DNA of 54,141 bases. It comes from Hyphochytrium catenoides. Its lineage: Eukaryota > Protista > Hyphochytriomycota. Under the pieces are notes generated by a model. The model had not been told where the DNA came from, searched no databases, and worked only from the letters and a program-made list of their open reading frames with translations. The DNA lies in contig FLMG01000100.1 in NCBI GenBank assembly GCA_900088475.1, positions 1 to 54,141 of the forward strand, read 5' to 3'. Made by a program: the position numbers and the translations under genes. Below are positions 36,188-50,000 of this stretch, in pieces (within the stretch, counting starts at the first letter, position 1; every line of letters begins with the position of its first letter).

Positions 36188-38002
36188 ATGGGGCGGCAAA
36201 GCAGTCATACATTAGTGGGGATGACAAAGATGAGAGTCTCCAGCAGCCACCTGGCACTCAGTGGTTTTGTTAGCCCCAGGGCTGACGACTGCATACGCCA
36301 GATACCTTCCATCCTGGTAGCGAGAGCAAAGCTGCTCCTCCAGGTGTTACTCGGCTTGATACTTGTCAGCACCGTAATCTTCTTGGCCAAGACCCTCACA
36401 GGAGACATGCAGCTGATATCAGATCGCACTTCAATGAGATCAGCCACGATTCACAAAGACACATCTCCTGAGCCGCAGGTCCTCCCTCTGGTCCCGAAGG
36501 TTGCTTATATGATCACTGTTACTAAGTTTACTAGTCTTGACTATATGGACGGCGTCGCCGTGCTGGCTCACACTATCAGGGAAAGCAACAGGTAAGAAGT
36601 GATGCAACTTACAGACATCTCTTTGTTTGACTCTCAGTCTGACCAAGCCCACTGGGTAGCTCCTTCCCGTATGACCTGGTGGCCATGGTGCATCCGAATG
36701 CCTCTACTAGCGTGTCGTACCTGCAGAGACTAGGTTATAGGTTAGTGACCATCTCCCGAATGTGCTAGTGAAAGAGTGCTGCTCAGCCTGTAGCCTGTCG
36801 GTCTAGATATGAATCTCTATTTCTCTGCTTCGTGTCGGTTCCCTGAGCGCGTTTCTCTCGTCTTGTTCGATGCTGCCTCTGTGTCACATATTGTTAAATC
36901 ACCCTAGAAGCTCGACGGTAGCTCCGCACTCCCTGGTCCGCCATTGGCTTTCTTCGAACTGACCATCCGCTGCCCGTGGCCCCATTCTTCGAGTTGTCTC
37001 ATTGTGTTCAACAAACGAACTCCCAATCTAACTTCGCATCCTCAATGCCATTAACTCCTACTCTTCCGCCGGCCTCCCGGCAATCTAATAGGACAGTAAT
37101 AACGGACATCTTAGTAAGGGATCACGAGTTCAAGAGCCAAACGTACAGAGACACCGCCCAGAGGAGCGGCTGCTGCGGACTAGCAGAGTTTCTGAAGCTG
37201 GAGGGCTTCCGCTTGGTGGAATATAAGCGCGTCGTAGCTCTTGACACAGATTTGCTCCTTGCCTCTAATATCGACGACCTGTTAGCCCGCGACACGGGGT
37301 TGCTCTTTAGCTTTGACCGCCCCATGGGAAAGTTTGGCGACTACTATTGTGCGCAAGGAGGTTTCTTCGTCTTCCGTCCATCTTTAGAGATATATCAAAG
37401 GTTCAGAGAGTTGATCATGGAAGGAGACTTTCGAGATAGTACAGGGTGGAAAGGCATCGTGGGCTGGTGCTGGGGCGGCCAGACGATTCAAGGGCTCATG
37501 GCCTATGCTGCAGTCTCTTTCATGAAACATGAGGCGGAGGAGGTTGACTCCTGCGTTGTCAACTCGATGGGATTGGACAAGAATAAGAACGGAGATGACT
37601 GCGGAAGCTACGCGGCAGATAAGGTTCAAATCTTCCACTTCACCGCCTGCCCAAAGCCTTGGACATGTATATCCGAGGGTTCGGCCCTATGCCGGGAGAT
37701 GAGCAGACGATGGTTCAAGGCACGTGCGGAGGTGAGAACCACTATATCCTGGGCGCTTTCTCTCATAGTCTCTACCGACCTTTCGTCTAGAAGGCTGCTT
37801 TCTCTAATGCTTACCTCAAGCGAGTGCGTACCTATAACTCTACTAGTCCTTGTATATACTCTATTTACCCATTGTCGTCTCGTGATAGGTTGCTCGGAGC
37901 TTGGGCCTTAGTGCAGTGGAGCCGTGCGTAAACGACCGCTACACTCCTCTTTTTATGGAGATGCATCCAAGTGCAGATGTTGGAAGTCTGAGACTGAAGT
38001 AG
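36188..38002 (+). CDS. Glycosyltransferase family 8 (glycogenin-like), type II membrane protein (multi-exon)
   Basis: TM segment LLLQVLLGLILVSTVIFL; DGVAVLAHTI; YDLVAMVHP; GCCGLAEFLKL; DxD in VALDTD; GGFFVFRPS; TIQGL; HFTACPKPW; stop TAG at 38000-38002; start uncertain. Confidence 0.88.
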
Positions 38003-38163
38003 TTTTGTCTTCCTTACTTGTTTGTTCCTTAACAGCCATAAGAGTTAGCGGTCCCAAGGCGACCTCTGTTCCTTCTTTCTTTCTTTCCCTTTCTCCTATC
38101 TCGACATCAAATCTACGACACTTCATTTCTGCGACCCATGGCCTGTGACCAGCAATCGATTAC

Positions 38164-41049
38164 TCATTCACCAGATCTTACGGAACCTAATTTAGACGTC
38201 ATCGCTTGGTCTATCCACCTCTTAATGTAGCGTTTTTCGGTCTCTCTCGCAAGCACAACCGACTCCGGGTCGTCAGGATGCGAGAAGAAGAGGTCGAGAT
38301 GATGGGCTCCCTCTGGAATGACGACGCTGATCACTGATTCCGAGGGGGACTCTAACACACCCGCAGAGCTCCAGGGGTCAAGCAGTCCATTGGAAAAAAG
38401 GATGTTGCTCACTCCTCGGAAGAGTTTGTCACCTGGAAGAACGCAAAGTAGGTGTCAGGAGCATCTACTTTTACTAGGGAACGGGGAAATGGCATCCCCT
38501 GGAAGAAGTGGACAATACATCTCCGCATTAACAGAAGGAAGACTGCGCGAGACTTCTATGTAGACACAAGTCATTTAACATTAGCAGCAACTCTCTCTCT
38601 CTCACGTACCGTAGCTGACATGGATCCACTCCGGTCGTGGCTCTAAGTCAAACTGCTGTTTGCAGTGCTTTCTGATCTTCTCAATATCGTAGGCGCGGGG
38701 CCAGAACATGTCCGACTGACCGTTGGACGCGAAATATGACTCTTGAGGCAGCATCTCAGTGCAAAAGTGATAGTCCCAAACTCCTCCGTTTAAGTCTTCC
38801 TCTGACGGAAGAGAATAACACCCTGAAGTGCCCGAGGCATTGTTATAGACCCCCGCAGCGCGACCTGACGGGAAATTTAGTTGAAATGTAGCAAAAGACC
38901 ACAGGAGGAAAGGCAGTTGGGTCACAACTACTCAGCTGCGGTGGGTGGAGATGTTCAAAGCAGGGTACCCCAAAGATTGGGCTAGATCAAGGAGAGCAAG
39001 GTGGCACGAATGGGGAGCGTTAAGATAGATTAGGACGAGCGTCTTACTTAGAGCGTCAAGAAGTCGGTCCTGGTTGCCCTTCACTTTGACCGCTGATGCG
39101 TCGAAGTCAATGTCCAAATGGCTGCAGGCAGCTCGAACCGGCCATGCAGGCAGTTCTCCATTTCCCGATGTCATATAGCTCGAAGGATATGGGAAGTTGC
39201 CCATCGCCATGGAATCGAATGCGGTCATAATATATTCAGCTAGCCGGATGCCATCCTCCTCACTCTCAAGCGCCTCGCAAAGATGGAACAATTGGCGCAG
39301 AGATTTTCTTCCTAACAGAGTGCGAGCGCGGATTAGTTTCTTACGCACCGCCATGCCCCAGAAGGAGAAAGGTTCTACCTTCTTCCGTCTTTGCTCTTTC
39401 GAATATAATGGGCCAAGCGTTTCGCACATTTGGCGCACAGTGTGTCGCAGAGCCAGCCGCGGGACTGGCATCTCTTGTCACGACCTCCCAATACCTTGAG
39501 GATAAGAATGGGGATAATGAAGACAATCAGCAAGGGACCTGAGTCGACTGCAGACTAGAGTAGAGAGCCTAGAGACTCCAAGTAAGGGGCGGAAAGAGCC
39601 GTTGCGCGCTGTAAGTAAAACTAAACAACTTCGTTTGGCGCGGAGGAGGTTAAGAGGAAATGAACACTCGAAAAGCTTACGTGCTGGTGTCGAATGGAGG
39701 ACTGGCACCTTCGAAGGCCAGGAGAGGAGCGGACGCAGAGATGGCGCCAGCGACGGCTGCAGGATACTTCATACGGAACCATGCCGCTAACATGCCGCCA
39801 TACGATCCTAGACCGAAGGACGTTAGGGCTGCGACATACAGAACCAGGGAGAAGAAAACTGCTGCTTTATGGATAGACCATTAAGGACTCTGTGTGTAAG
39901 AAGCAGCAGCACCTTACCGCCAAAGACAATGACGGGACTAGTCTCAGCGTTTTTCTCCTTTTTGAACTGTGCGATAAGAGGGGAAGTGAGCGCATGCCAG
40001 CAATGGAGACCCTTTCGGGGAAGGTTAACTAACATGGTATAGAAGGTTCGCATAATCCGCCAGTGCCTGCTCATGAGTGAGATACTGCAGAGCTTCAGCA
40101 CTGAGGCTGGGAGGTCTAACGGGCTGACTGGATCCGTAGTAACGGTGTTCCGCAAAGAGTAAGAGCGCTCCAAACTCCTTGGCGTTTTCCCACATGAGGC
40201 CGGTGTTGTTAACATAGAGCGACACGTCGGCCTCATTTCCTGCATAGAAAAAGATCGGGCCTCTACCTCCTTCAATCTTTGCCCAGTATTTGTCATAGAC
40301 TACGTAGCGCTGAGATCGACAGCGGGAAACAGAGTGTTAAATCATTGGCAACCGAACAGGAAATATGGACTCTGGGCAGGAGTGAGATGAATAGTGGGAC
40401 ACGAGGAAAGAGAGAAAGAACTGGCGAGACCGAGAGAAATGTAGAGCAGATAGTCAAGGAATAGAAGAGAGATAGGAACCACGCACCTGTTCGAATGTTC
40501 GATTACCCTCATGATGGCTCTTCCAGTTAAAGTGATCAACTGGCTGGCTGAACCAGAGCTGAGAGCAGTTTGTGATTGACGGACGCTGCCCAAGTGGAAA
40601 TGGCACGTGTCTCTTGCCTTTGTTAGACAGCGTAGCTAGTGGCGCGTCCATGGTGAGAACGGTATGTAGAGGCTCGTCGCCTTTGATTGGCCTTGCGATA
40701 TCAGTGTAGATTGTGCCGCATGTAGCGATAGCCACGACAGCCAGAACCGCCAGGCCAGCCTTCAGAGGGGTCCGGAGGCCTGAAGGGCTCCTACCTGCAG
40801 CTGGGTCAAGTTGTTAGGCGATGGAGTATGGCCACAGTTAGAGGCGATGGGTGTACCAGGCTCGGCTAGATGTTCGCTCTCTTCGGACACTGTCGGGAGG
40901 CGATATGGGTCATAAGGTTGGATGCTTCTACTCCTATACACGTTGGTGCCATGCGATATGAAGGGCGTATCCTCATCTAGCCACGAATCAATCGGTTCAT
41001 AGCCCCTAAGCACCGATGTAATCACCTGCTGCCGTTGAGTGTCATACAT
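38164..41049 (-). CDS. PRCP: Serine peptidase S28, lysosomal Pro-X carboxypeptidase-like (multi-exon)
   Basis: [26 protein letters not shown]|[15 protein letters not shown] (catalytic Ser), NGLLDPW (Asp) and GAHHLDL (His); the 5' exon and start are uncertain. Confidence 0.92.
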
Positions 41050-41892
41050 TACCCTTGCTCAGAGTTTCCTTCGAGTATGATGACGGCGTTGAGCACCGCC
41101 TTTGGGGAGGTAGCGCGGGATGCAATAGCAAGCATAAACGCACAGCACCAAGCACGTCCCGTGTCCCTCAAGCTCCTGGTTGATCGCCGGTGTAAAGCAA
41201 TGCTCTCACCGACGCCGAGTCTTCACTGCGCTGACATCGGGCATGGCTATCGATGCTAAGATGAAGGCTGGAGCTGCTTTTTATCCCTGGCCGGGGAGCC
41301 GCCTCATCGACGTGTACGGGAGAGAGCACCAGCTGCGATCATTCTTAGAAGAGACATGACAAGAAAGATTTGGAAGGAACAGAACAATTGAAGAAGGCTG
41401 CATCCTCCATCACCGCATCCGAATTGCCGAGAATAACGAAATAAGCTCGATGCACTAGTTTCAGACGATATCTGGTTGCGAATCTCGGATCAGCCCTTGG
41501 CAGAGTGCTAGTTAAGTATGAGCCTAACCTTTCAATCAGAAATAACGGTTTGGATAAACTACATATGGACTTCAAGCGACAATGTTAGGGAGATCGGGAT
41601 TGCTACATACAGATTAACCCCTGGAGCTTGGTCCAGCTTTGGTTCGGTGACCGCCACTGAAACGATCATAAGAACACGCTGGCGGCGTGATGAGTCGCAG
41701 ATGTTGAACCCTCTGAAAAAGACGGACGACTGACTAGGGCCAAGATCGCTGGGAGGTGACGATTGACGATCGACGACGACAGGACAACTGCGAAGTCTGC
41801 AGTTGGCGTTGTCACCTTTGTGACTAGCGCCCTTCATAATCTTCTTACTCTTACAAATCCAGTAGAACTGCACTTGCAGCTTCGAAGGAGAT

Positions 41893-43409
41893 ATGGCGTC
41901 GGTTATTGAGGCTGCTGAGCAACGCACCCAGACCTATGTTGATAGGATCAAGAGGAGTCGAGGTAACCTGACCGCTCACATATCTGAATTTCTGTTTCAC
42001 GTGCTCACACCTTCTTCACAGCTAGTTGTGTGACGAAGACGGACGTCCCGAAAGACATCTTCCACTACACCACAAAGCACGTTGGAAAGGTGAAGGATCT
42101 TCATACACATTCGCCTTCTTGACGGTGCGAGAGCTCATGACCATATCCACTATCCACTGCTCAGGTCCGAGATATCTACTCTGGTCCTGAGAAGGTTCTC
42201 CTCATCTCAACGGACCGTCAAAGCGCCTTTGACCGCCATCTGGCTTCAATCCCATTCAAGGGTCAGGTCCTGAACTCCACCAGGTAACAAACCATCTCTT
42301 CCATGTCGGCCTACAATCACTAATCATCGATGCCGGTGGCAGTGCCTGGTGGTTTGAGCAGACCAAACATATAACCAAGAATCATGTCATCGCTGTGCCG
42401 CACCCATCTGTCACTGTGGGCAGGAAATGCACCATCTTTCCCGTCGAGTTCGTCATGAGAGGCTACCTCACTGGATCAACGAATACCTCTATTCTCACAC
42501 ATTACACTAAAGGTGAGCATACACGTCGGCAACTCCTCTTACTTTGCTAGATCTTTGATGACGGTCATATCATTCATTCCGCCTTTCTTCTGGCTGTCCC
42601 GAGGTATATAGTAATTGGTTGTCATGCTCCTTCTTCTCTTGCAGGTGCACGGAGCTACTGTGGCCACCAACTGCCTGATGGGTTAAAGAAAAGCCAAAAG
42701 CTCCCACAGAACCTTCTGACACCTACTACTAAGGATGATACTCACGACGAACGTAAGCCTTCTCTTTTTGACACAAGCTGCTTCGAGGACTTTGACCTTT
42801 GGACTCGCTGTACTAACCCCTGTAATCCTCTCTCTAGTCATTAGCGCTGAAGAAATAGTCGCCTCGGGACGTATGTCCAAGGAAGACTGGGAGGAATGTG
42901 CTCGTATATCACATGCGCTCTTCAGCTATGGACAAGAGGTCGCTGCCTCTCGGGGACTGATCTTGGTGGACACGAAGTAAATCTGACATGAGAGGTCTTC
43001 GATCGCGTTGAAAATGACCTGACACCTCGTATTCTCTCATTTTTTCCTTCCCTTTCCTAGGTATGAATTTGGGAAAGACAGTGACGGGAACATCCTACTG
43101 GTTGATGAGATTCACACGCCTGACAGCAGTAGATATTGGCTGGCTGGCACTTATGATGAGAAGTTTGCAAAGGGTGAAGCTCCAGATAACATCGACAAAG
43201 AGTTTCTCCGCCTGTGGTTCAAGGAGCATTGTGACCCCTACAAGGACGAAGTCCTCCCAGTTGCTCCTGAGAGCCTGGTGGTTGAGCTGTCTCGGCGCTA
43301 TATCCTACTCTACGAGTTGATAACAGGTCAGCTCTTCCCTTTCCCAGCCTCCGATGAGGTCGATGAGCACACCCGAATAGTGGAGAGCCTGAGAGCGTTG
43401 AGCCACTGA
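41893..43409 (+). CDS. purC: Phosphoribosylaminoimidazole-succinocarboxamide (SAICAR) synthetase (multi-exon)
   Basis: GK|VRDIY, TDRQSAFDR, IPFKGQVLN, PVEFVMRGYLTGS, TPTTK, LILVDTK|YEFG, DEIHTPDSSRYW and DKEFLRLW; ATG 41893, TGA 43407-43409. Confidence 0.96.
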
Positions 43410-44085
43410 GGCTGCTCTAGCAACACCAATATCTTTACCACCAAGCGAGCTGCCTATGCGGAGCAGCCTGGCCATCGTCCCGGTAGACTTGCCTATTAGG
43501 GATCGCCGACTCAACGTCTGTCATTTACATGGGTGAGCAGACAAGGAACGATAGGCCAATCACGACTAAAATAGGGCTGATATTATAACAAAAGAAGCAA
43601 AGCACCCTTTCCCATTGATATGCTACCTCTATGCTCATATATAAGGTCGCGGGACCTCGCAGAATATGAAGCGCACAGATTCATATACGACTATCTCTAG
43701 ACCATCTAACATACAAACGACTATCCGAGGTGAATCTGCCGTTACCGGCTCATCAGAACTGAATGCCCGCACCGACACCAGAAGAGAAGCTGTTCGTCAG
43801 CTTCCGCGCCGCCTGACCTCGCTCCGCTCTGCACGGAGATCTGCTGTCCTTCCAATCGCTGGCTCTGTCTGCTGCGCTGCTGCATGAAGATCATCAATGT
43901 CAAGGACAAAGAGCAGTGTACGACGACAGGGAGGTCTCAACGGTGCAGGAGGTGAGTTAAGCCGTCAGGGGTGAGCGTGGAGAGGAGCATGTAGCTGCTC
44001 ACTATGACTGCATGGTGGGCATAATTTGCTGAAAACTTTTCAGGAAGGCGTCGAGCTGTTCCGCAGCCCGCGGCACCAGAAGAAG

Positions 44086-47000
44086 ATGGCAGCGTCTTCA
44101 GAGGCATACGATCAGTTCCCAGAAGATGCCTTCACGGCGCTGGAGGAGGCACGAGGGACAGCTGATGAGGAGCTAAGCAGAACGGAGTTCTACAGTGCAG
44201 GCGGCAACTTTCTTCTCAGTCATCCGGAGCATTGGTGGTGCCGGTACCCCCAGCTAATGACGGAAATGACGCGGGTTTTGGAGTTTGTGAACCAGCAGCC
44301 GAGTATTGACAGTCTTTGGCGTCAGATGTCCTTGCAGCTTCTCGCCTGTACAGCTTGCATTGACCAGCTGCATCAGGGGATAGACACGCTGAAGGCGATG
44401 TTTGAAGAGACCTACACACCAGAGTCCTGCTCCGTCTTCTTTAGTCATTTGACAGAGCTTGAACATGCCCGGCTGGGTTCTGCACTGTACAAGATAGTTG
44501 AGCCATCGAGCAAGGAGAGTCTTCGCTTCCAGGAGTCTGCTCCAGCCTTAATGTCAGTACTGGAGCAGTCGGAGATCCCAGACGTCATTGGGGCTCGATT
44601 GCATATTGTCTATGAGTTACTTCGCTACCCGTTGGCTATGGAGAACATGTTCATTAGGGAGCTCTTCTGCGCTCTTCTGCTAGACCTTCAGGAAAAAGAC
44701 AGAGAGGATAGCAGCGGCAACAGTGCCTTTGAGATAGAATTCGGGGGAGGAGGGCCTCGCATTTGGCCAGGCGTCTATCTTCTTCTCATGAACCCGCATC
44801 CAGGCATCCGCTTCTGGTCCCAGTTGAATATGAAGCGACTAGGCCCATTAAGAAAGATAGACTTGGAAGGTGAAGACAATGTGCTTCTGCGCATTGTGGA
44901 GCAATGGATGAAACTCTTGGAGTTTGACCTCTTCGAGACCCGAGCGTCCCAAGGACCTGAAGCTCTCTCGCGAGGTCTTACCGTGGCCATCCCTACCCGA
45001 AGAGAGTTCTGGTCTTCTCTAAACTTTCTGATGATGCAGGCAGACGCACACGCTCTCTTGGTTCTCCTCGAGAAGTTTCCAGACCTCGTGGATATTATCT
45101 TCAACCATGTGATCAGCACGGGAATACCTTTAGCACTTCCCTCAGAGCCTAAGAGCGCTGCACCCGAGGAGAATGACTGCTCATCTGAAGGGGTGAAGCT
45201 CATTCTTCAGATCTGCCGCTGCTGCTGTATCACATTGGACACTCTGGACTATCGGGTGTGGACACAGACTTCTTTTTCTCCTCAGAGCATCGTCATGGGC
45301 ATCTTCAGGAGCTGCACTCTCACCAACCAGTTAGTTGCGAAGAGCTATTTAGAGGTCCTCTGCAGCCTCTACCGCAGCTTGGACATGTATCAAGCAGAAG
45401 AGGGCGAAGGAGAAGAGACCTTGGACGGGCTAGGCCCCAAGATCGTGAGCTTTCTCTGTGATCTCTGCACCAGGATTCCACCACCAGGCAGTCTTGTGCG
45501 CTCTGCCGCCACCCAGGTGCTAGTCAAGATTTTGACCAGTATGACAACCTCACCGGACGTGGGAAACTATCTCAGGCGGTTGCCGTTGGCCAATGTTGCC
45601 ATATGGGGCAAGTTTATCGCTTCCGTAGCATGTTCAAGGTAAGATTCTCGAATAGGCAGGGAAGAGATAGGAAAGCGGGCCGCCAGAGAAAATTGGCTGA
45701 AAGCGGGAGAATTAGAAGAGAGTGGGCTAAATAGAGGAGAGTGGGGGAGCAAACGGAGGGCAGCGTACCAAAGAAGAGACTCAGGGGGAGCTCTGAAATT
45801 GGAACTCACCCACCATATTAGAGAGATGGCGATGCCCTGGCCCTAACTTATAATCATACAACCATGTAGGCAGTTCCATCCATCAATTACTCAAGACACA
45901 GTGAAGCTAGTGTGCAACTTGATGGCTTTACACGCCAAGAACTTTCCGAGCTATCTCTCCTTACAAGCCAAAGCCATGGAAGAGGGCCAAAGCGTGCCTT
46001 CCACCGCATCTGATACGACCAACTGGCTTCTTCTCCCACTATATGAAGAGGTCTGTGAGGGCACAGATGTCGCCAACATCCCTGTCAAGTTACACGTTGC
46101 CCTCTTCGATGCCCTCAGCACTCTCTCTCAAGCCATCCATTCAGAAGAGCTATTTATTTGCGTTAACGCCTGTGGAGAGGCACCTGAAAACTCTCTTACA
46201 TCGTTTCATGCAGAGGCACTATCTGCAGTCCATCGATACCGAGGCTTAGTAGTGTCCTACCTTGCTCGAGTGAAAGATGGTATCGAACAATCACGATTGA
46301 AGACTCCTCTGTCCCTTCCTGCAGTCGTTCCTTCTCTTTTCCTCGTTCTATGTCTGCCTCTTGACAATCGTATCATGGCTCTGCTTCGGAACCTCTTGGT
46401 AAACATGGAGCTCAAGGGAACAGCTGTAGGAAGGAGCAGCTGGATGGAAGCTCTGCTTCTTCTTCTTCTCTCCGGCCCTCCGGGCAGCTGGCTGAGAGTT
46501 ATTACAAAGCTCTTAGAGTTTTTAGCCACAAACCCGCGATTAGAGGTGCTAGGGAGCCATGTAAGTACCCTTTCCTTGTTTCTTGAGCATCTGTTCTCTA
46601 CGTCGTACTTTCTGAGGGACGTACTACCCGCTGGCCATATGAAGGAGGAGCGGAAGGACAGTGGAGAAGGACAACAGAGTTCTGCCGACAAGTCAACCAA
46701 GCCGCTATTGGAACTCATTCAACAGTATCGTGCAGCAATCCGTTCTGCAATCTCTCCGCCCGGGCTTTCCACGTCCAACTTTGTTGAGAAGCAGGAAGAA
46801 GACGCAACATGTCCGGGAACTGGGGAGGAGCTTCTTTGTGCTTATGCGGAGCTCGTTGCTCGCGTTCTCCGCTTACCAGCAGATGGTAGGGTCCCCACGG
46901 CTGGTCTTTCATCCGTGCCTGTCGTCAGGGTGCTTGACAGTCTTCTGGCACTCCTGCGCGGGTCGCAAAGACCCAAATCGCAACCAGGCAAGACGTTCTG

Positions 47001-50000
47001 CTCCCTGTTTCATGACGAACCGACGCTATCGGCTTGGCTAGAAGTCATGATGCGCTGGAGTTATTGCCCGGCGCCCGAGATTCGGAGACGCTCTTTGGAC
47101 TTGGTTGTCCTTATTCTTGAGGTTAATAGAAGGAGAGAGAAGAGAGAAGGACGCACTACGAGACCTGGGGTGCGGACAACCTTCCCCTTATCTGTAAAGC
47201 ACCACCTGAAAGAGCTGATCGAGAGCCAGGAACTGGGAGCGGAATGGAAGATAAAGATTGGTCAATTGGTCCCTGAAGTGGCACCAGGAAATTTAGGAGC
47301 CGCGTGGCATGAGGGTCTGGCCGGACAAGGGGATGAGGACGTGATGCCGGTAGATATGCATGAGAAAGAAGACGAAGAGGACGAGGAACTTGACGTAGGA
47401 GAAGCCTCTGTTTCCTCCCCCGTGACGCCAGACGGGCACATCGTGGACTTGACACTGGAGGAGGACGGAAATTCGGCATCGCCAAAGGGGCTGCCTTCCC
47501 CTTCTGGAGCTCTTGGGGCTTCCAGACAGTCAGCGGTTATATCAGAAGTGGCCAGACGAGAGAGCCACCTAGCTGAGTCTGCTCCGGGACTTAACGTTGT
47601 TGGCATTGGTAGTGATGGGCCAGTTGACCCGATAGAAAAGATATGGAAAGAGCTGCAGGAGGACCAGCAAATCGCTGAATATAAAGCCAAGCACCGGATA
47701 GTGCTAGGATTGGAAAGGAAGGCTCAGCCCGCGGTGAGCTCCCCTTGCTTCCACTGTCTGACCCCTATTGCACTAGACTTTCGCTAGTATCCTCAGTAGC
47801 TGACGCTGGGTCTAAAATCTTCCCTTAACCTCAAGCTGCTGCCACCTGAACTTATTCTGTACAGTATAGCGTTGAGTCGCTTCTACTCGGCTATTCTCTT
47901 TGGCATCTCGAAGCCCATCTATGTCTCTTAGCTCCACTTTAATCGCCAGCTACTAACCGTTGTGCCTATCTCCTCAGAGACTGTCTCTGCCGTACCAAAA
48001 GGAGATTGCGGCTTCACTGGGCGGGCGGCCAGCTCCACAAGCGACGTCTGTGCAGACCAACAAGCCAGCAAGAGCTGGACCGGAGATTAGAAGCAGTAAA
48101 TACCGGCCCTTTGTCATTCCCCCTCCTACTACTTCGTCCTCGTCATCCGCCCCCGAGATCTCTGTTCGGGACTTTCACCGACAGATCATGGATTGGAAGG
48201 TCACAGATATTCAGCGTCCATTGCGTGACCTTCCGGAGCTCCATTCTGAGTTCAGGACGGCCGAAAGCTATGTCCAGGCTTGGCAGCCACTGCTCTTTGA
48301 AGAGGCTCGAGCGGTGTTGCTTAAAGGCTGGGAGGAGTGTGAGAGAGGAAGAACGCGGCCAGTCAGGGCGAAGCTGACCGACCTGTTGGGTGTAGAAGAG
48401 TTTGTCCTCTTGGACTTCTTTCTCTGTGAGTGACTACCATGCTCAGGCGGACTAGGTCCTACTGTTAACCTATTCTCTCCATTCCTTCGGCTCCCAGCTC
48501 ATCTTAGTTCTCCTAACTGGCAGCAGCAGCTGTCTCGTTTGTCGCTCATTCTGTCGTAACGACCCCGGCGGTGCTTTCTACCTCCCTTCCTCTCCGCCGT
48601 CACCCTGGCAGGACCGCGTCTCATGATCTTCAACTCGTAAAGCTCTTCTGGTGTCCTCTCCGCTCTCCCTTCCTTTTCGTTATCGCACTCTTTCGAAGAA
48701 AATTTATTGTTTATCAAGTATACTAACCTGCGTGTGACGTTGTGTCTCTAGTAAACGACGGTATGGTATCGGAGAGGGGTACCAAGGGCAGGAAAGACGG
48801 CGGATCGGCTATGCCGCTCTTCGGACACGATGTGATCCTCCTTCTCCCATTAGCGGCGGGACAACCGCCAAAGAAGCTGTCTCTGCCAGAGGTAACCCCC
48901 CAAAACAAGTCTAGTGGGCGCTTACCAGCCCCATGTCAAGCCTTCAATCTCTCCCTTTCACCTCTACCCTGCTTCTATTCGTGCTTATACTAAGTGCCGC
49001 CCTCTCTTTGTTGCCCTCTTCTCACAGCTTACGAGGTCCTCACACTTTCTGGGCATCGTTGATCGTGATGACAGCTTAGCGGTTGACATAGAGATTGCTA
49101 ATAGGAAAAAAAATAGAGATAACAAAGCCAACGGAGGAAAAGGAGAGAAAACTAAGCCGAGAGCGAGACATGACGATGGATCGGTTAGAATTCGAATCCT
49201 TCAGAGCGCTGTTGAGAGCCAAGACATTGACTTGGCCGCTAGGCAGCGACCAGGTAGCGGGGAGTGGCTGCTGGTTCGATTGGAGAGTATCGCCACAATA
49301 GGAAGAGAGTTTGTGGCTCTTCACTCTCTAGGAAAAGTCCCTGATCAGGTGCGCACCACAATTGTTCGCCCTCGCTCCGTAGTGTTACACTACCAGCTCG
49401 GGCTGCATACTGAGAACACCAAGATTCTTCTGAAGAAGTTGAGAAGTTTGACTACCGAAGGAGGGAGTGCTGCCAAGGTTAGGACGTCTATCTATTATTT
49501 TCCGTCTTGCTCTTCTTTTCGTTTAGGTGTTGTCGCAGAACATTGTGAACGTTATTAAGTCCTGCACCTTGGCTGCTCTCCTCCCTGCCAATCATACTGA
49601 ATATTGCGCAGGAGAAGAGCAAGCAGAGGAGTGATGAGAGAGAGAAACTCCGTGAGAAGACCAAGAATCGAGAGACGAAGAACGGCTCTTCAAGTTCTGA
49701 GGAACAGATCCTGCAAATTTTGGCTGATCTGAGAGAGATTCCTATGACTATCTCCATCCTCAAGGTACAGCTTGCTTCCCTTATCCTAGCTTGTCCTCAA
49801 GTTCTTCTCCGCTCATTCTGACTATACGTCGTTCCTGGGCTATTGCGTTCGGGCTTCCTGGGCTGTCGGGTGCATCTTATAGGAGACAGGAGCCGGCATC
49901 GCTATGACCAATCTGAAGAAGAGTAGCAAGCTCAAGGAAGTGCAGCGCTGCGCTGAGGAGTTAATTGCGAAATGGAAGCAAGTGCTCAACGAGGAGGAAG

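Noticed and set aside
44216-47690. Antisense ORFs over Sen1 exons
   Set aside because: Shadow frames of the long sense exons
49180-49202. TTCGAATCC resembling a tRNA T-loop
   Set aside because: Lies within a Sen1 coding exon and forms no cloverleaf
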